A DNA stretch of 64,000 nt, from IMG/VR virus record IMGVR_UViG_3300009431_000003, one strand, 5' to 3'. This document shows positions 46,276-56,600 of the stretch, piece after piece. The position numbers and the translations under genes are program-made. The first letter of the stretch is position 1. Every line of letters starts with the position of its first letter. Origin of the DNA: a virus. The notes under the pieces are model-generated. The model was given only the letters and a program-made list of their open reading frames with translations. It was not told the DNA's origin and searched no databases.

Positions 46276-47073
46276 TTATATCCCTCTATCTTTCATGCGC
46301 TTTTCAATCTTCCCTTTTAAAGAAGATACCTTTGCTGGGGACCATTTATATTGTTTAGCTATCTGACCGGGCTTCATCTGATCAAATCCATCCATTCCCA
46401 TTAGATGCTGAAATACTAATTTTTCCTCGTCAGGCAGCTCATACTTAATTAGTCTCAGCCCCATTTCGTCCAGATCAGGAGGTATCTGAAATGTTGCTTC
46501 CTCACTTCGAGAAGTAACCCAATCGCTTCGAAGCTCGTTTTGTAACCTCGCCACTTCCCTTTCCGGCCATTGAAGCTCTTCTGCCAACTCAAAAGGAGTA
46601 GGCTCTCTTCCTATAGCATCCCTCATTACCGCAAAGGTAGTTTGGAGCTGCCCTACTTTAGAGGCTCTATGATCAGGAATAGATCCTACATTTTGGTACT
46701 TCTTTATATGATGCTCAGCGTCCCTAAGCTTATATGTCGCAAAGGTAGATAGCTTCGCTTTCCTTCCTGGATCATATTCTTTAATCGCCCGAATAGCGGC
46801 ACTCTCAAAGCGTGATTTAATAACTTCCTTTGGTACTCCTTTAATATTTGCGTGGAGATAAGGATTCATCCTCATATTAATAATTGGCCGAAGAGATCTA
46901 AGAACAGGCTTCATGTCTCTCTTCTTCCGGCCCCCATCATTCCATTTATGCCAAAGAGTCAAGTCCTTATTTCCTGCCTCCTCAGCAGAGGGAGCAAGTT
47001 CCACAGTCTTTTTTGCAACAAAAAGAGGACCAAAGCCCAATTTCTGTAAATATGTAATCGTTTCTGTGTCCAT
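46276..47073 (-). CDS. Phage-encoded sigma-70-family factor (FliA/SigF-like architecture)
   Basis: Region 2 AIKEYDPGRKAKLSTFATY, region 3 IGREPTPFELAEELQW, region 4 LPDEEKLVF...QIAKQYKWSPAKVSSL. Confidence 0.88.
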   Translation of the reverse strand: MDTETITYLQKLGFGPLFVAKKTVELAPSAEEAGNKDLTLWHKWNDGGRKKRDMKPVLRSLRPIINMRMNPYLHANIKGVPKEVIKSRFESAAIRAIKEYDPGRKAKLSTFATYKLRDAEHHIKKYQNVGSIPDHRASKVGQLQTTFAVMRDAIGREPTPFELAEELQWPEREVARLQNELRSDWVTSRSEEATFQIPPDLDEMGLRLIKYELPDEEKLVFQHLMGMDGFDQMKPGQIAKQYKWSPAKVSSLKGKIEKRMKDRGI

Positions 47074-47076
47074 ACT

Positions 47077-47325
47077 CTATGCAAAACCTGATCGTTGAAC
47101 ATAAGGATTGATTTGGTGTATCGGTTTTGTAACCGACGCTTTAGGTTTTCCAACATTAGCTGTACGATTAAGGCTTGCAGACGCTTCCATTTTCGACTCT
47201 CTTGGTATAGCCAATGAAGAGGCCGGGGTTATCCTACGCCCCCTCATATCCAGGTTAGGCCTGGCAGTCGGAGCCGAAACCAAGGATAGTTTCATCAGCT
47301 CCTCAAAAAAAGCATAAGGAGGCAT
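47077..47325 (-). CDS. Small protein with N-terminal AFFEELMKL motif
   Basis: 82 aa, TAATG-coupled to the upstream gene. Confidence 0.65.
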   Translation of the reverse strand: MPPYAFFEELMKLSLVSAPTARPNLDMRGRRITPASSLAIPRESKMEASASLNRTANVGKPKASVTKPIHQINPYVQRSGFA

Positions 47326-47579
47326 TATAGTCCTCCTGGGCGCCCCATTGATTGGGCACGGAGATACGCTCCCATATCACGGTCTTTCTGCATCTGCTTT
47401 AGTTGTTGAAGACCTACTCCTCCCGCACCCGCAGCAAGAAGAAGACCTTTGTTCTTAAGCAGAAAATCCAAACTACGATGTGCTAAAGGAGTATTAGCAA
47501 CAAAATATGCCCGCTTTTCTCGGCCCTTGGACGCCAGTTTTACTGTCTCATCAAAAAATGATTTTGGGATCCCAAACAT
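47325..47579 (-). CDS. Small protein with N-terminal SFFDETVKLA motif and a hydrophobic segment
   Basis: 84 aa, GGGAG RBS, GLLLAAGAGGVGL segment. Confidence 0.7.
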   Translation of the reverse strand: MFGIPKSFFDETVKLASKGREKRAYFVANTPLAHRSLDFLLKNKGLLLAAGAGGVGLQQLKQMQKDRDMGAYLRAQSMGRPGGL

Positions 47580-47612
47580 TATAATTCTCCCATACTAAAG
47601 CTTTCCAGATAT

Positions 47613-47668
47613 ATTCTACCACAAAAGGACAAAAGTCAATCAACTAAAGGTATATTTTAGTCAACTAA
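47613..47668 (-). promoter_or_regulatory. Candidate sigma70-type promoter with upstream direct repeats
   Basis: Extended -10 TGgTAGAAT (47621-47613); TTGACT 15 nt upstream (non-optimal spacing); TCAACTAA at 47640 and 47661; in the largest intergenic gap of the structural block. Confidence 0.45.
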
Positions 47669-50600
47669 TCCTCTAGCAAATGACCTAAGCTCTAAAACCA
47701 TATTCTGTACTCTGCTGGCCCGATCTGTTCTTACATCTAACTCCGGAGGTATTTGTGCTTTCTGGGCAGAGCTGTGATAAGTTCGTAGCGATGCTCCTTC
47801 CAACCCAGACCCGGAAGGACCTAACAATCCCGATAGTTTAGGTAAACCAGACCCAAAACTGCCCTGGTGAAATCCAACCTTACTGGAGCCTTCCAGCTCC
47901 GCACCGGTTACATCACTATACATACCTGTTCCAACAGTAGAATTTTCGACCATACCGGTTTCTGGATTAATAAAAGTATTTTGGCCGAGAACGTCTCCCA
48001 TTGTAGCGATAGGCCGATATGTATATGTACGAATAAATTCCCGGATAGCTTTTGGAGAAGTTCTACATACCCGGTCATAATAAAACGATAAGGCATCTAA
48101 GGCACCTTCTTGCGACCCGGGAACTCCGGTAGGCGTAGAAGGTCCCGAAGTAGCACCAAGAACCCCTTCTGAAGTTATTGATTGGCAACCAAATAATTGC
48201 TTATATATTTCCCCTATTGCATTATTTTTATAATTTGAATCTAACCATTCCGGCATAAGCTTGTCTTCCGGCATACCACCTTCCGCAATAAGAAGAACCT
48301 GCTCTACTTCTTCAGTAATAATAATCTTTTCAAAGAGATAGTTCCCATACCCACCTGAGAGTGTACCTCCTCCCGGATCTTTATATATAGGAGGCTCGCT
48401 AAACGGAACCAGAATTTGAAAGGGCTCCCCTCCTTTTGGTCCCTTTTTTAGGTATTGAGCAGGATCGTCAATCAACCAACCTACTGTAGGAATGCTGGCC
48501 TCACCTTTTATACTTATTGCATCGCCCAACGCTTGTATAGAGGACTGGGTACTTTTGAAGTCTCCTACTGCGGGAGACATGTATCCCTTTAGTATTTCAT
48601 CCAATGATTTTTTTGCTTCCTCTAAAGAGGCAGAGCCTTCATCAGGAACAAAAGAATCGTCCTTATAAAAACCTACATAGTCCTGTGCTTTATAGTGGTA
48701 ATCTAAAAGCTGTGCTATGTCCGTTGGAGTCGCTGCTCTCAAAATATCTATTTTTGTAGAATCGCCGGCCTTCCAATCCACAATAGCTTCAGTATAGGTA
48801 ATTATAGTTGTTACCTTTCTCTTGACCTTTTCTTCTTTAAAAGAGTCCGCTAAAAATTCATCGTCTGGATGATTAGACCGTACATGTCCCAGGTCTATCG
48901 AAGTTTTTGCAGTACTTTGGTTTATCATATGACTTAAAGAAACAACCATACCTAAAACCTGGGAAGGAACATTCAAACCTTCCTCCATGAGACCAGCTAC
49001 AGCCTCTGTAACATTTGCGAATTGTTTCAGCCCAGTACCTGCCCAAGGCATAACCGAAGGTATTCTCGACAAAATAATACCCGCAGGCACACCAACTAGA
49101 ATACGAGGCAAAAACCCACAAGTAATTGCTGCCGACCTTGTTCCATACCGCATATGATAAAACATATAATTAGCTACCATCTGCCCGTACTCTTTTGTAG
49201 AAGCTCCTTCAATACCAAACATTGAAGGTACAGCAACTCTATAAATAATCGGGCCTGAGAACTTTTCCCAGTCTTGTGTTGTACCTACCTTCATTTCTGA
49301 AGCACTACCAGAACCTCCACCTAAAGAGATTGCACTTACAAATTCATCCCCACCACTACCGCCAGCAGAGGACATAGTAACTATCACCTTTGTAGCTTCT
49401 GTCGTAAAATCCCTTGCCATCTCAAAAGAGTCATATTCATCCGGAAAAATAATATTACAAGTTGGTGGAGAAGCCATCCAGATATCTGGAAGAACAATCT
49501 GAGTCAGAAGCCGCCCCTTTGAATTAACTTCCGTAAGCTCCTCCAAGTTAGTAAAAGAGGCTTCTGTGAGTAGCTTTTCTACTACCTTTAAAATCTTGGT
49601 GTTAATATCCGTCTTGAATAATTTTTCGTATGGTGCTGTAGCTCCCGCAGTTTTTAGTAAGTTAATATCCGGAGCCGAATCTTGTTCTGCAAGAATAACT
49701 GTTAGGTACCCCTTCAGTTCGTCAAGATACTTTTTTACTGTGGCCTTAGTCCCATCATTCACATCATCCGCATTGTCCAATAGTACAATAAACCCAGGGA
49801 TACTATTATGTAATGATTGCAGTATCTTTATGACTGTCCCAGCTTCCATAGAATGATAAGTTATCGGCATATCTACAATTGAAGCAGCCATAATATTATT
49901 TATCACTCCAGAGTAACCATAATTTAAGGATGCAGAAGCAATTTGGCGGTACGTATAAGAAAGCTGCGTATATATTGGAGCCAAAGACGGGTGTTCAAAA
50001 TTGGACATTGGAAACGAAGAGGACTCTATCCCTGTTCCTTCATAGTGTCGATAATAAGGACAAGGTTGTGGTGAAATATTATAAAATATTTGTTGACAGA
50101 TATGATTTGCTATATCCCTAAAACTTACCCTTTGCTTTCCATTGGCAACTCCTCCCCCAGACCCAAATAAGGCCTTTTTTAATTTACTCCACGCAAATAC
50201 ACTTTCAGCACTCGTACCATCATCCGCCCCCAATTGCATAGACAAATGCAACCTCAGCTCCTCATAGCTGGACCACAAATTATTTCCTAATCTAGGAGCA
50301 GTTCCTTCATTAATTGCTGGAGGGTATATTCCTCCAGCCGAAAGTAACAGATTTATCATTGCGCCAATTGCTCCGGAAACACCAGAGAAGTCTTTAGCTA
50401 CCCCAACACCGGAGGCTCCCTCATCCATAATTGTCTTAATTTTGGTAACCCACCCCTTAGTAGCGGAAGCACCTAGCGTCATTGCGCTGGTAAACTCGTC
50501 CGAACCACCAACACCAGACGTAGTTCCTGCTGTTTGGTTTGTGGTAATGTCCCAAAGGCCAGAATCATCTACACAGTGTAATACAAGAGAGTTTTGTCCT

Positions 50601-50917
50601 ATATTTTTTCTGTAACCAAAACCGGACACGGTACCTGAAAGTAACAAACGATAAGAACCGCCAGAGCTAATTGGCTCTTGAGAAATTAGAGGAAAAGCCT
50701 CGATACCCTCAAAAGCTTTCGGCGCCAAGGAATCTGTATCATAGTAAAATAACTCTATTTTGGATCTCGGAGCAATGTAAAGGCCCGCTGTCATAGAAAC
50801 AATTTGAATGGCAGCAACTGCCGCGGTATTCGCCGCAGCCGTAACAAAAGCAGAAACACAAGGCACCTCAAACCCTTCAAGGACGGCTCTTAATCTTAAA
50901 TGTTTACCTTCACTCAT
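47657..50917 (-). CDS. Probable baseplate hub-type protein (1086 aa)
   Basis: Position after the tape-measure and tube-initiator-like genes; N-terminal LRLRAVLEGFEVPCVSAFV beta-barrel-like start; function inferred. Confidence 0.45.
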   Translation of the reverse strand: MSEGKHLRLRAVLEGFEVPCVSAFVTAAANTAAVAAIQIVSMTAGLYIAPRSKIELFYYDTDSLAPKAFEGIEAFPLISQEPISSGGSYRLLLSGTVSGFGYRKNIGQNSLVLHCVDDSGLWDITTNQTAGTTSGVGGSDEFTSAMTLGASATKGWVTKIKTIMDEGASGVGVAKDFSGVSGAIGAMINLLLSAGGIYPPAINEGTAPRLGNNLWSSYEELRLHLSMQLGADDGTSAESVFAWSKLKKALFGSGGGVANGKQRVSFRDIANHICQQIFYNISPQPCPYYRHYEGTGIESSSFPMSNFEHPSLAPIYTQLSYTYRQIASASLNYGYSGVINNIMAASIVDMPITYHSMEAGTVIKILQSLHNSIPGFIVLLDNADDVNDGTKATVKKYLDELKGYLTVILAEQDSAPDINLLKTAGATAPYEKLFKTDINTKILKVVEKLLTEASFTNLEELTEVNSKGRLLTQIVLPDIWMASPPTCNIIFPDEYDSFEMARDFTTEATKVIVTMSSAGGSGGDEFVSAISLGGGSGSASEMKVGTTQDWEKFSGPIIYRVAVPSMFGIEGASTKEYGQMVANYMFYHMRYGTRSAAITCGFLPRILVGVPAGIILSRIPSVMPWAGTGLKQFANVTEAVAGLMEEGLNVPSQVLGMVVSLSHMINQSTAKTSIDLGHVRSNHPDDEFLADSFKEEKVKRKVTTIITYTEAIVDWKAGDSTKIDILRAATPTDIAQLLDYHYKAQDYVGFYKDDSFVPDEGSASLEEAKKSLDEILKGYMSPAVGDFKSTQSSIQALGDAISIKGEASIPTVGWLIDDPAQYLKKGPKGGEPFQILVPFSEPPIYKDPGGGTLSGGYGNYLFEKIIITEEVEQVLLIAEGGMPEDKLMPEWLDSNYKNNAIGEIYKQLFGCQSITSEGVLGATSGPSTPTGVPGSQEGALDALSFYYDRVCRTSPKAIREFIRTYTYRPIATMGDVLGQNTFINPETGMVENSTVGTGMYSDVTGAELEGSSKVGFHQGSFGSGLPKLSGLLGPSGSGLEGASLRTYHSSAQKAQIPPELDVRTDRASRVQNMVLELRSFARGLVD

Positions 50918-53398
50918 CTATGCCTCATAAGGATTATAGGTGGGTACCTCATCTGGAGAAGTTTCCTCTGCAAAGAAATTTGTCGGGCTACCGAATACAT
51001 TAGGTGCGCCAGGCATATCTTCAGGCACAAAATTAGTGGGCGAAAAGAACACAATAACATTGCCGGAAAACACATCCTCAGAAAAAAACTTCGTGCCGGC
51101 TCCGAATGTAGGAGCTGACGCACTCATCTCTTCTTTGTAGAATTGAGCAGAGTTATTAATATTATTAATGTTTCCATCAAATGTATCTTCCGCATAAAAC
51201 TGAGAAACAGGATTAAATGTACTAGGAAGAACATCTGCATTGTCCTCAAAATACATGGTTCCATGTTTATATCTTTTCACAACATCAGGAACCCATGGAG
51301 TAGCCCATGGGGCATCAAGATTTATCCCAAATTTATCCATACCTTCCTGCATATCTGCTACATTAATATCCTCCACAGCTATAGTCTGTCGTGTTTTGAC
51401 TTTATAGGTATATGCTCCACTATAATCATTTAATGAGTCTTTCCGATAAGCACTGGGAGCATCTACAGAACTAATTTTTAGCTTCTGTCCGTCTGACTGG
51501 ATCTCCCAGCCAAAACTTAAGGCTGTACGGGAAAGTTCCGCAGCATATTCTCCCCAAGAACCTAACTCAGCGACAAGCTTATTTACTCCATGAGAGGGAT
51601 CAAGTTGGGCATCTCCCCACATACGCCGAAGGAAATGTACACCAGTTGACCAAACTGATGACGTATTATTGATTTTCATAAATCCGGCGCCGGAGCTTAC
51701 TAACCCTCCATGCAAAAGAACTTCCAACAAGAACTGGTCGTCTAGCTCTCCTTGAGGAGTGTTCATCGCATCTTGGTAGGGGGTATAAAACTTAAGACTT
51801 TTTGCGGCTGCATTCTTAATGTCCGCTTCAGAACCCTCAATACCTTCCGGATCTGCTTTTGTAAGTGTCCAAGACATATCATAAATTGTCTCAAACATAC
51901 TTACGTCATACTCATCACTAATTTGTTTTAAATATTCTGCGTTGATTCCGTCAAAAGAACCAAGAGGTTTTCTGCCGGGATATTCATCATAATTGAATCT
52001 GATTGGCCCAAAAACTTGGGCCATTGTTCCTGGGTACCCAAAAAAGTTCTTCCCTATATCCAGGTTCCCGCTAGCCAATCGGGATATATTCGCAGGAATA
52101 ATGGAATGAAAGACTGAGGTAATCAATGATGATGTCCATATAGGCTGCATTAAGTCCTGAACTGTATAATCCTTTCCCTCAGCCCCTCCAACCAAGGAAG
52201 ATACAGCCCCAATTAATCCGGCGGCACTAGAATCCGAACTCATTACCGATTGTAAGGAATGGGACACCAACCCAAGATCAAGGTCTTCAAGAGAGTAGCC
52301 CCCTCTCGGCGCTCTATAATGCCTGCCGTATAAAACATTTTGTACCTGCTGATACAAAATATTATTAATGACTGCCGGATAATTTGCTAAGGCTCCCTTC
52401 GCCAAGCGCCACATCTGGTCAACATTAAACATGGATAAGAATCCGAGATTAGCCAACCCTCCTTCACTGTCATTATCCATTCCGAGAATTCCCTTACGAA
52501 CCTGGAAGGTAAGACTCTCATACTTATTTTGATATAGCTCACTCTCAAAATTAAAGCCCAAAGGTACATTGTAATGAGGAAACTCAGTCATCCGAACATC
52601 TTCAAGAGTATAATGATCAAGTACCAGCATCGTAAATGAAAAATCGACTTTATGCTGATGTACTGAAGTATGAACAATCTGGGTCCCGAGAAGAAATCCT
52701 TTTAACACTTCCTGATCAAATTCTAATACTACCCTAGCTCTTTGCTCCGCAACTCTTGTGCCTCGGAAAAATCCCTGGTAATTACTTAACCACTCAGCCT
52801 TCCAGGGAAAGTCCTCAGTATTTATTAGCGTGCCGGAAAACTCAAACAATCTGGATTTTTCTCCCATAAAAAAAGCAAAGTTCTCACCGAAAGTCTCAAG
52901 AACAGAAAACTTTTCCTCCATCCGTTCAACTACTTGCTGGATAATAAAATTTGAATAGGGAGATCCATGGCCTAAAGCAGCGCTGGTATTGGGTGTTTCA
53001 ATGATTCTTGTACCATCAGCAGACTCAATTGTCAGGAGAGTATAGGTATCCTCTTTAATTTGAATGCCTCGCATAGGGCGTCTCACATTATCATACCTGC
53101 CAGCAGTGACCAGTTTTCCTTTAATATAACCATACCCATGCTCTGTGACCTGATCTTCTGTAGTAAGCGTTTTGACGCGGGGAATATTCCGTTCCATCAT
53201 TACTGTCAGGACCTGGGCATTGAAGGTAGACTTAGAGGGAGAGCCCACATACGCTGCCGGGGCAGCAATACCAAAAGTACCGTAGGGGTTATATGCTTTA
53301 TCGCTGGAAAGAATTTCACTCACTGCCCCTGTGCCTGCTTTACTCATGGCATCGGAGCCACTGGGCTCACCGCCTCCAGAGAGTCCTGGTTCAGTCAT
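50918..53398 (-). CDS. Probable tail tube-initiator-like baseplate protein (826 aa) with C-terminal repeats
   Basis: NFIIQQVVERMEEKFSVLETFG...FEFSGTL...VLEFD...GFL...VDFSFTM pattern of tube-fold proteins; function inferred. Confidence 0.5.
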   Translation of the reverse strand: MTEPGLSGGGEPSGSDAMSKAGTGAVSEILSSDKAYNPYGTFGIAAPAAYVGSPSKSTFNAQVLTVMMERNIPRVKTLTTEDQVTEHGYGYIKGKLVTAGRYDNVRRPMRGIQIKEDTYTLLTIESADGTRIIETPNTSAALGHGSPYSNFIIQQVVERMEEKFSVLETFGENFAFFMGEKSRLFEFSGTLINTEDFPWKAEWLSNYQGFFRGTRVAEQRARVVLEFDQEVLKGFLLGTQIVHTSVHQHKVDFSFTMLVLDHYTLEDVRMTEFPHYNVPLGFNFESELYQNKYESLTFQVRKGILGMDNDSEGGLANLGFLSMFNVDQMWRLAKGALANYPAVINNILYQQVQNVLYGRHYRAPRGGYSLEDLDLGLVSHSLQSVMSSDSSAAGLIGAVSSLVGGAEGKDYTVQDLMQPIWTSSLITSVFHSIIPANISRLASGNLDIGKNFFGYPGTMAQVFGPIRFNYDEYPGRKPLGSFDGINAEYLKQISDEYDVSMFETIYDMSWTLTKADPEGIEGSEADIKNAAAKSLKFYTPYQDAMNTPQGELDDQFLLEVLLHGGLVSSGAGFMKINNTSSVWSTGVHFLRRMWGDAQLDPSHGVNKLVAELGSWGEYAAELSRTALSFGWEIQSDGQKLKISSVDAPSAYRKDSLNDYSGAYTYKVKTRQTIAVEDINVADMQEGMDKFGINLDAPWATPWVPDVVKRYKHGTMYFEDNADVLPSTFNPVSQFYAEDTFDGNINNINNSAQFYKEEMSASAPTFGAGTKFFSEDVFSGNVIVFFSPTNFVPEDMPGAPNVFGSPTNFFAEETSPDEVPTYNPYEA
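50921..51256 (-). repeat. Six degenerate 18-19 aa repeats (protein level)
   Basis: MYFED/FYAED/FYKEE/FFSED/FVPED/FFAEE spaced 19, 19, 18, 19 and 18 aa apart. Confidence 0.75.
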
Positions 53399-53616
53399 TA
53401 TACGCTACTCCCTATATTGTTTTGTACAAGCTGCAGCTTGAGAGCTCTTCGTACTGGTTTATACAAATCAGCTTCCCGCATAGCCACTTCAGTAGCTACA
53501 GCCCTTGACCCGTGCTCAATTAAAGTATCAGGCAAAATACCTTCAAAGTACAAAATACTGTAACGGGTACCTGTTGTACGTAAAGTAAAATCTTTCTTTA
53601 ATTTATCACCGCGCAT
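53398..53616 (-). CDS. Hypothetical protein
   Basis: 72 aa, starts 1 nt after the tape-measure stop; TAATG overlap downstream. Confidence 0.6.
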   Translation of the reverse strand: MRGDKLKKDFTLRTTGTRYSILYFEGILPDTLIEHGSRAVATEVAMREADLYKPVRRALKLQLVQNNIGSSV

Positions 53617-53617
53617 A

Positions 53618-56600
53618 TTATTCTTCTCCTGATGCTGTTTGGTAAGGTACCCCAGCCACTGCCGCAGACAAAATCTCCGGCAACTGTTTAGTAAAAGAAG
53701 TTAAAGCTTCTGTCTGGGCCACTATTTTTTCTATTATAACCTTAGAATTTGCAACTTCCTCTCCTTGAAGTTTAATCAGCTCTGCGGAAACTTCCGTGTC
53801 TTCCTTACCTGTACTAGTCTCCTTTCTAACACCTTCTCTTGCCCCTTCAGTTGCCAATAACTCCATTTGCCTCTCAAGTTCTTTATAGGTATCATCAGAA
53901 AGCTTACCTAATTTCTGCGTATCTGCCAAAACTTTCTTCTTCAATTTCCTATCACGACCCATTATTGACTTGAATAAATTTGATGCCATAGAACTACCAG
54001 AGCCAAGCTCTCTCAATTCTTCAATCGTTATATCCTTACCTCCGATACTCTCCTCAGACATAATATCTTCAAAATCTGCGAACCTCTCCTGGAAACCTGC
54101 TCTAAGTGCCGCTTTGGTTTTCGCATCAAAAGCTTTACCTAAAGCAATTGCATCTGTTCGCGCCTGTCCAAATTTCCCGCCACGAGCTTGTACTTTCTCG
54201 ATGAGAGAAGCAACATCCTGTCGCTCCCCATACTTAAGTCTCATTCTTTTTTCTCCATACTTAAGTCTCATTCTTTTTTCTGTTGATATCTCCTTTATCA
54301 TGGCTGCTTTATTAGGGGCACCGGATATTCTCTCTAATTCCTCTACCGAGAACTTACCAAAAGCAGCAAAAGCATCAGGACCTAATTTTTCCATCTCATC
54401 ATCTCTGTCAGTTTGCCAATCTATTCCCCAATCATCCTTACCATATTTACTGGCAAAAGCGGAAAAACGCCTACTGTATTCCTGTCGGGCACTGGCAGCC
54501 TCTCCTACAGCCCCACGCCCAAGAGGAGTCTCAACTATTTTTCGAATATTATATGGATCCCCACCGCGCATAGGAAAATCTTCATCAGAACGCAGCATTG
54601 CATCATACTCATTCTGTACTCTGGCATCATAATCAGTTATTTCAGAAAGGCCCTGTCTGCGAGTAATAGATCTTTCAAGGTCCCCAATTTCATTATCAAC
54701 CATTCCCCGTTCTGGGTCATCATAAGCAAGCTTATCTCGCTTTTCTTTCAGGCCAGTAATAACTTCCTGTATGTTTGTCACATCTTTATCAGTAAGATCA
54801 GAAAAAACTCCACTATCGTCCGACTTTCCAATAATAGAAGTCATTCGAGCTATACGCCTTTTAAGTTTTTTCTTTTTTCCTGCATTCTTAGTTTTATCAT
54901 ATTGCTGCTTAAGGGCACCAAGGTCAGTAATATACTGTCTTAGCCTTGTCCCTCGCCTCTCTACACCCCTTGGATCAAACCTTCGCATATACCCACCAAA
55001 TGCCGTGAGTCTCTCCTCGTGAGTCATCTTCCGTAATTCCGGATGCACTCCTTTAACTCCCTCTTTTTCTCTTCCCTGAGATTCAAGGTACCATCGACCA
55101 AAATTTTCTACAGCACTTGGGTCTCCTGCTAAAAGAGCATCCACATCCGCTCCTTCTCCTCTAGCCAGCCCTCTCCTCCGTTCTTCAAGCCCAGCTACCT
55201 CACCGATAGTACCTTTAGTTATTGGAAACACTCCTTCTGCTTCCGGGTCAAATGCTCCAATGCTGGATATGCCAGCTTCACCTATTAAAGGTTTCCTTAT
55301 ATTTGTAAACCTTCCACGAAAACGAGCAGCTTCAGCAGACATAGTAATAGGCGTGCCCGGATCGCCAATCATCTCACTGCGGTCAAAATCTGCAATTGCC
55401 CGATTAAAAGAATCATCCCAGGTTGTTTTGCCTCCACCTTTACCAACACTGCCTTTTTGGTATGCCAGATTTGCACCTATATCACGAAAGTATGTTCTCA
55501 GATCTCCCCAGCCCTCTCGCCAAACTTTCTTCATCCCAGCCCATACATCCTGCCCTTCTTCTCTACGCCTTCTTACATTCTCTTCCGCCTGTTTACGTAA
55601 TGAAGCATACTGAGACTCAACCACATCTCTTTGAGCCCCAGGAGTCTGCTGAACCATTTGAGACATTAATAATGCTTGTCTACGATCCATACCGCCCACT
55701 CTCATAAAAAAAGCGGAAGCAGCCTCTCCTCTACTTTTGCCTCTATAAGAGTCCCCATACCTATCTTGGAAAGTCTTAGAGAAGATTGATCCCCAACCAA
55801 GGCCCCCTAATTGACTGCCGGCCTCTGCAGAAAGTTGTTGTTTATTTAAAAGAAAAGATTCTCTACCAGCCCAGTCCAGTTCTTTATATTTATCTTCTCC
55901 CATACCCCTAAGATCATCAAAGGAAAGCTGACCGGAAATAGCTTGCTGTATCATCTCCTGATCGAGGGCTCCAGTATACCTACCCCTGGAAACTTTACCA
56001 AAAGCCTTAGCAAAAACACCTCGGCTAAGCAACTTCCGTCCAAACCTAGATTGGGCTATACGGTGTCCAGCTTGTTGTGACAATATCGAAGCCTGGGCCA
56101 TCCCCTCTACTCCTCCTATACCAACACCGGCCTGTAACATCCCTTCAGAGAGGCCACCACCGCGATACATCTGATTAACTAGATTAATCTCTCTACCTGC
56201 CCCGGTATACCCTGAAACCTTAGCCCCTCCTAAACCATACCCCATCGCCCCACCCTCTTGTTGTAAGCTATGGAGCTGGTTTACAGTTAATCCTGTAGCA
56301 TCTGCAGTTGCTCTCAATCCTTGAGCGACTCCCCGAGCCGCCCGCGGATTAATTCCCATTCGATTTAAAGACGCAACCATCTTCTGAGCATTTTTAAAGG
56401 TGGCGCCAAGCACCTCAGAGACTTCTATAGTTCCTTCAACAGCCTCTTTAAATCTTTTGGAAAACTCCTTGGCACCACGAACTCCCTGCATCAATCCCAT
56501 TCGATCAAAGTTTTTTAGAGAATCAAGAGCTTTACCTACTTCGCCACCAAACTCTTTTAGGGTAGATAATTCTCTAATTGTTTTATATATCTGATTCTTA

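Noticed and set aside
53970-54632. 220 aa + strand ORF and other long antisense ORFs (4150..4740, 13383..13826, 54413..54943, 60281..60760)
   Set aside because: Shadow frames of well-supported genes, with no RBS and Ser/Leu/Phe-rich antisense composition
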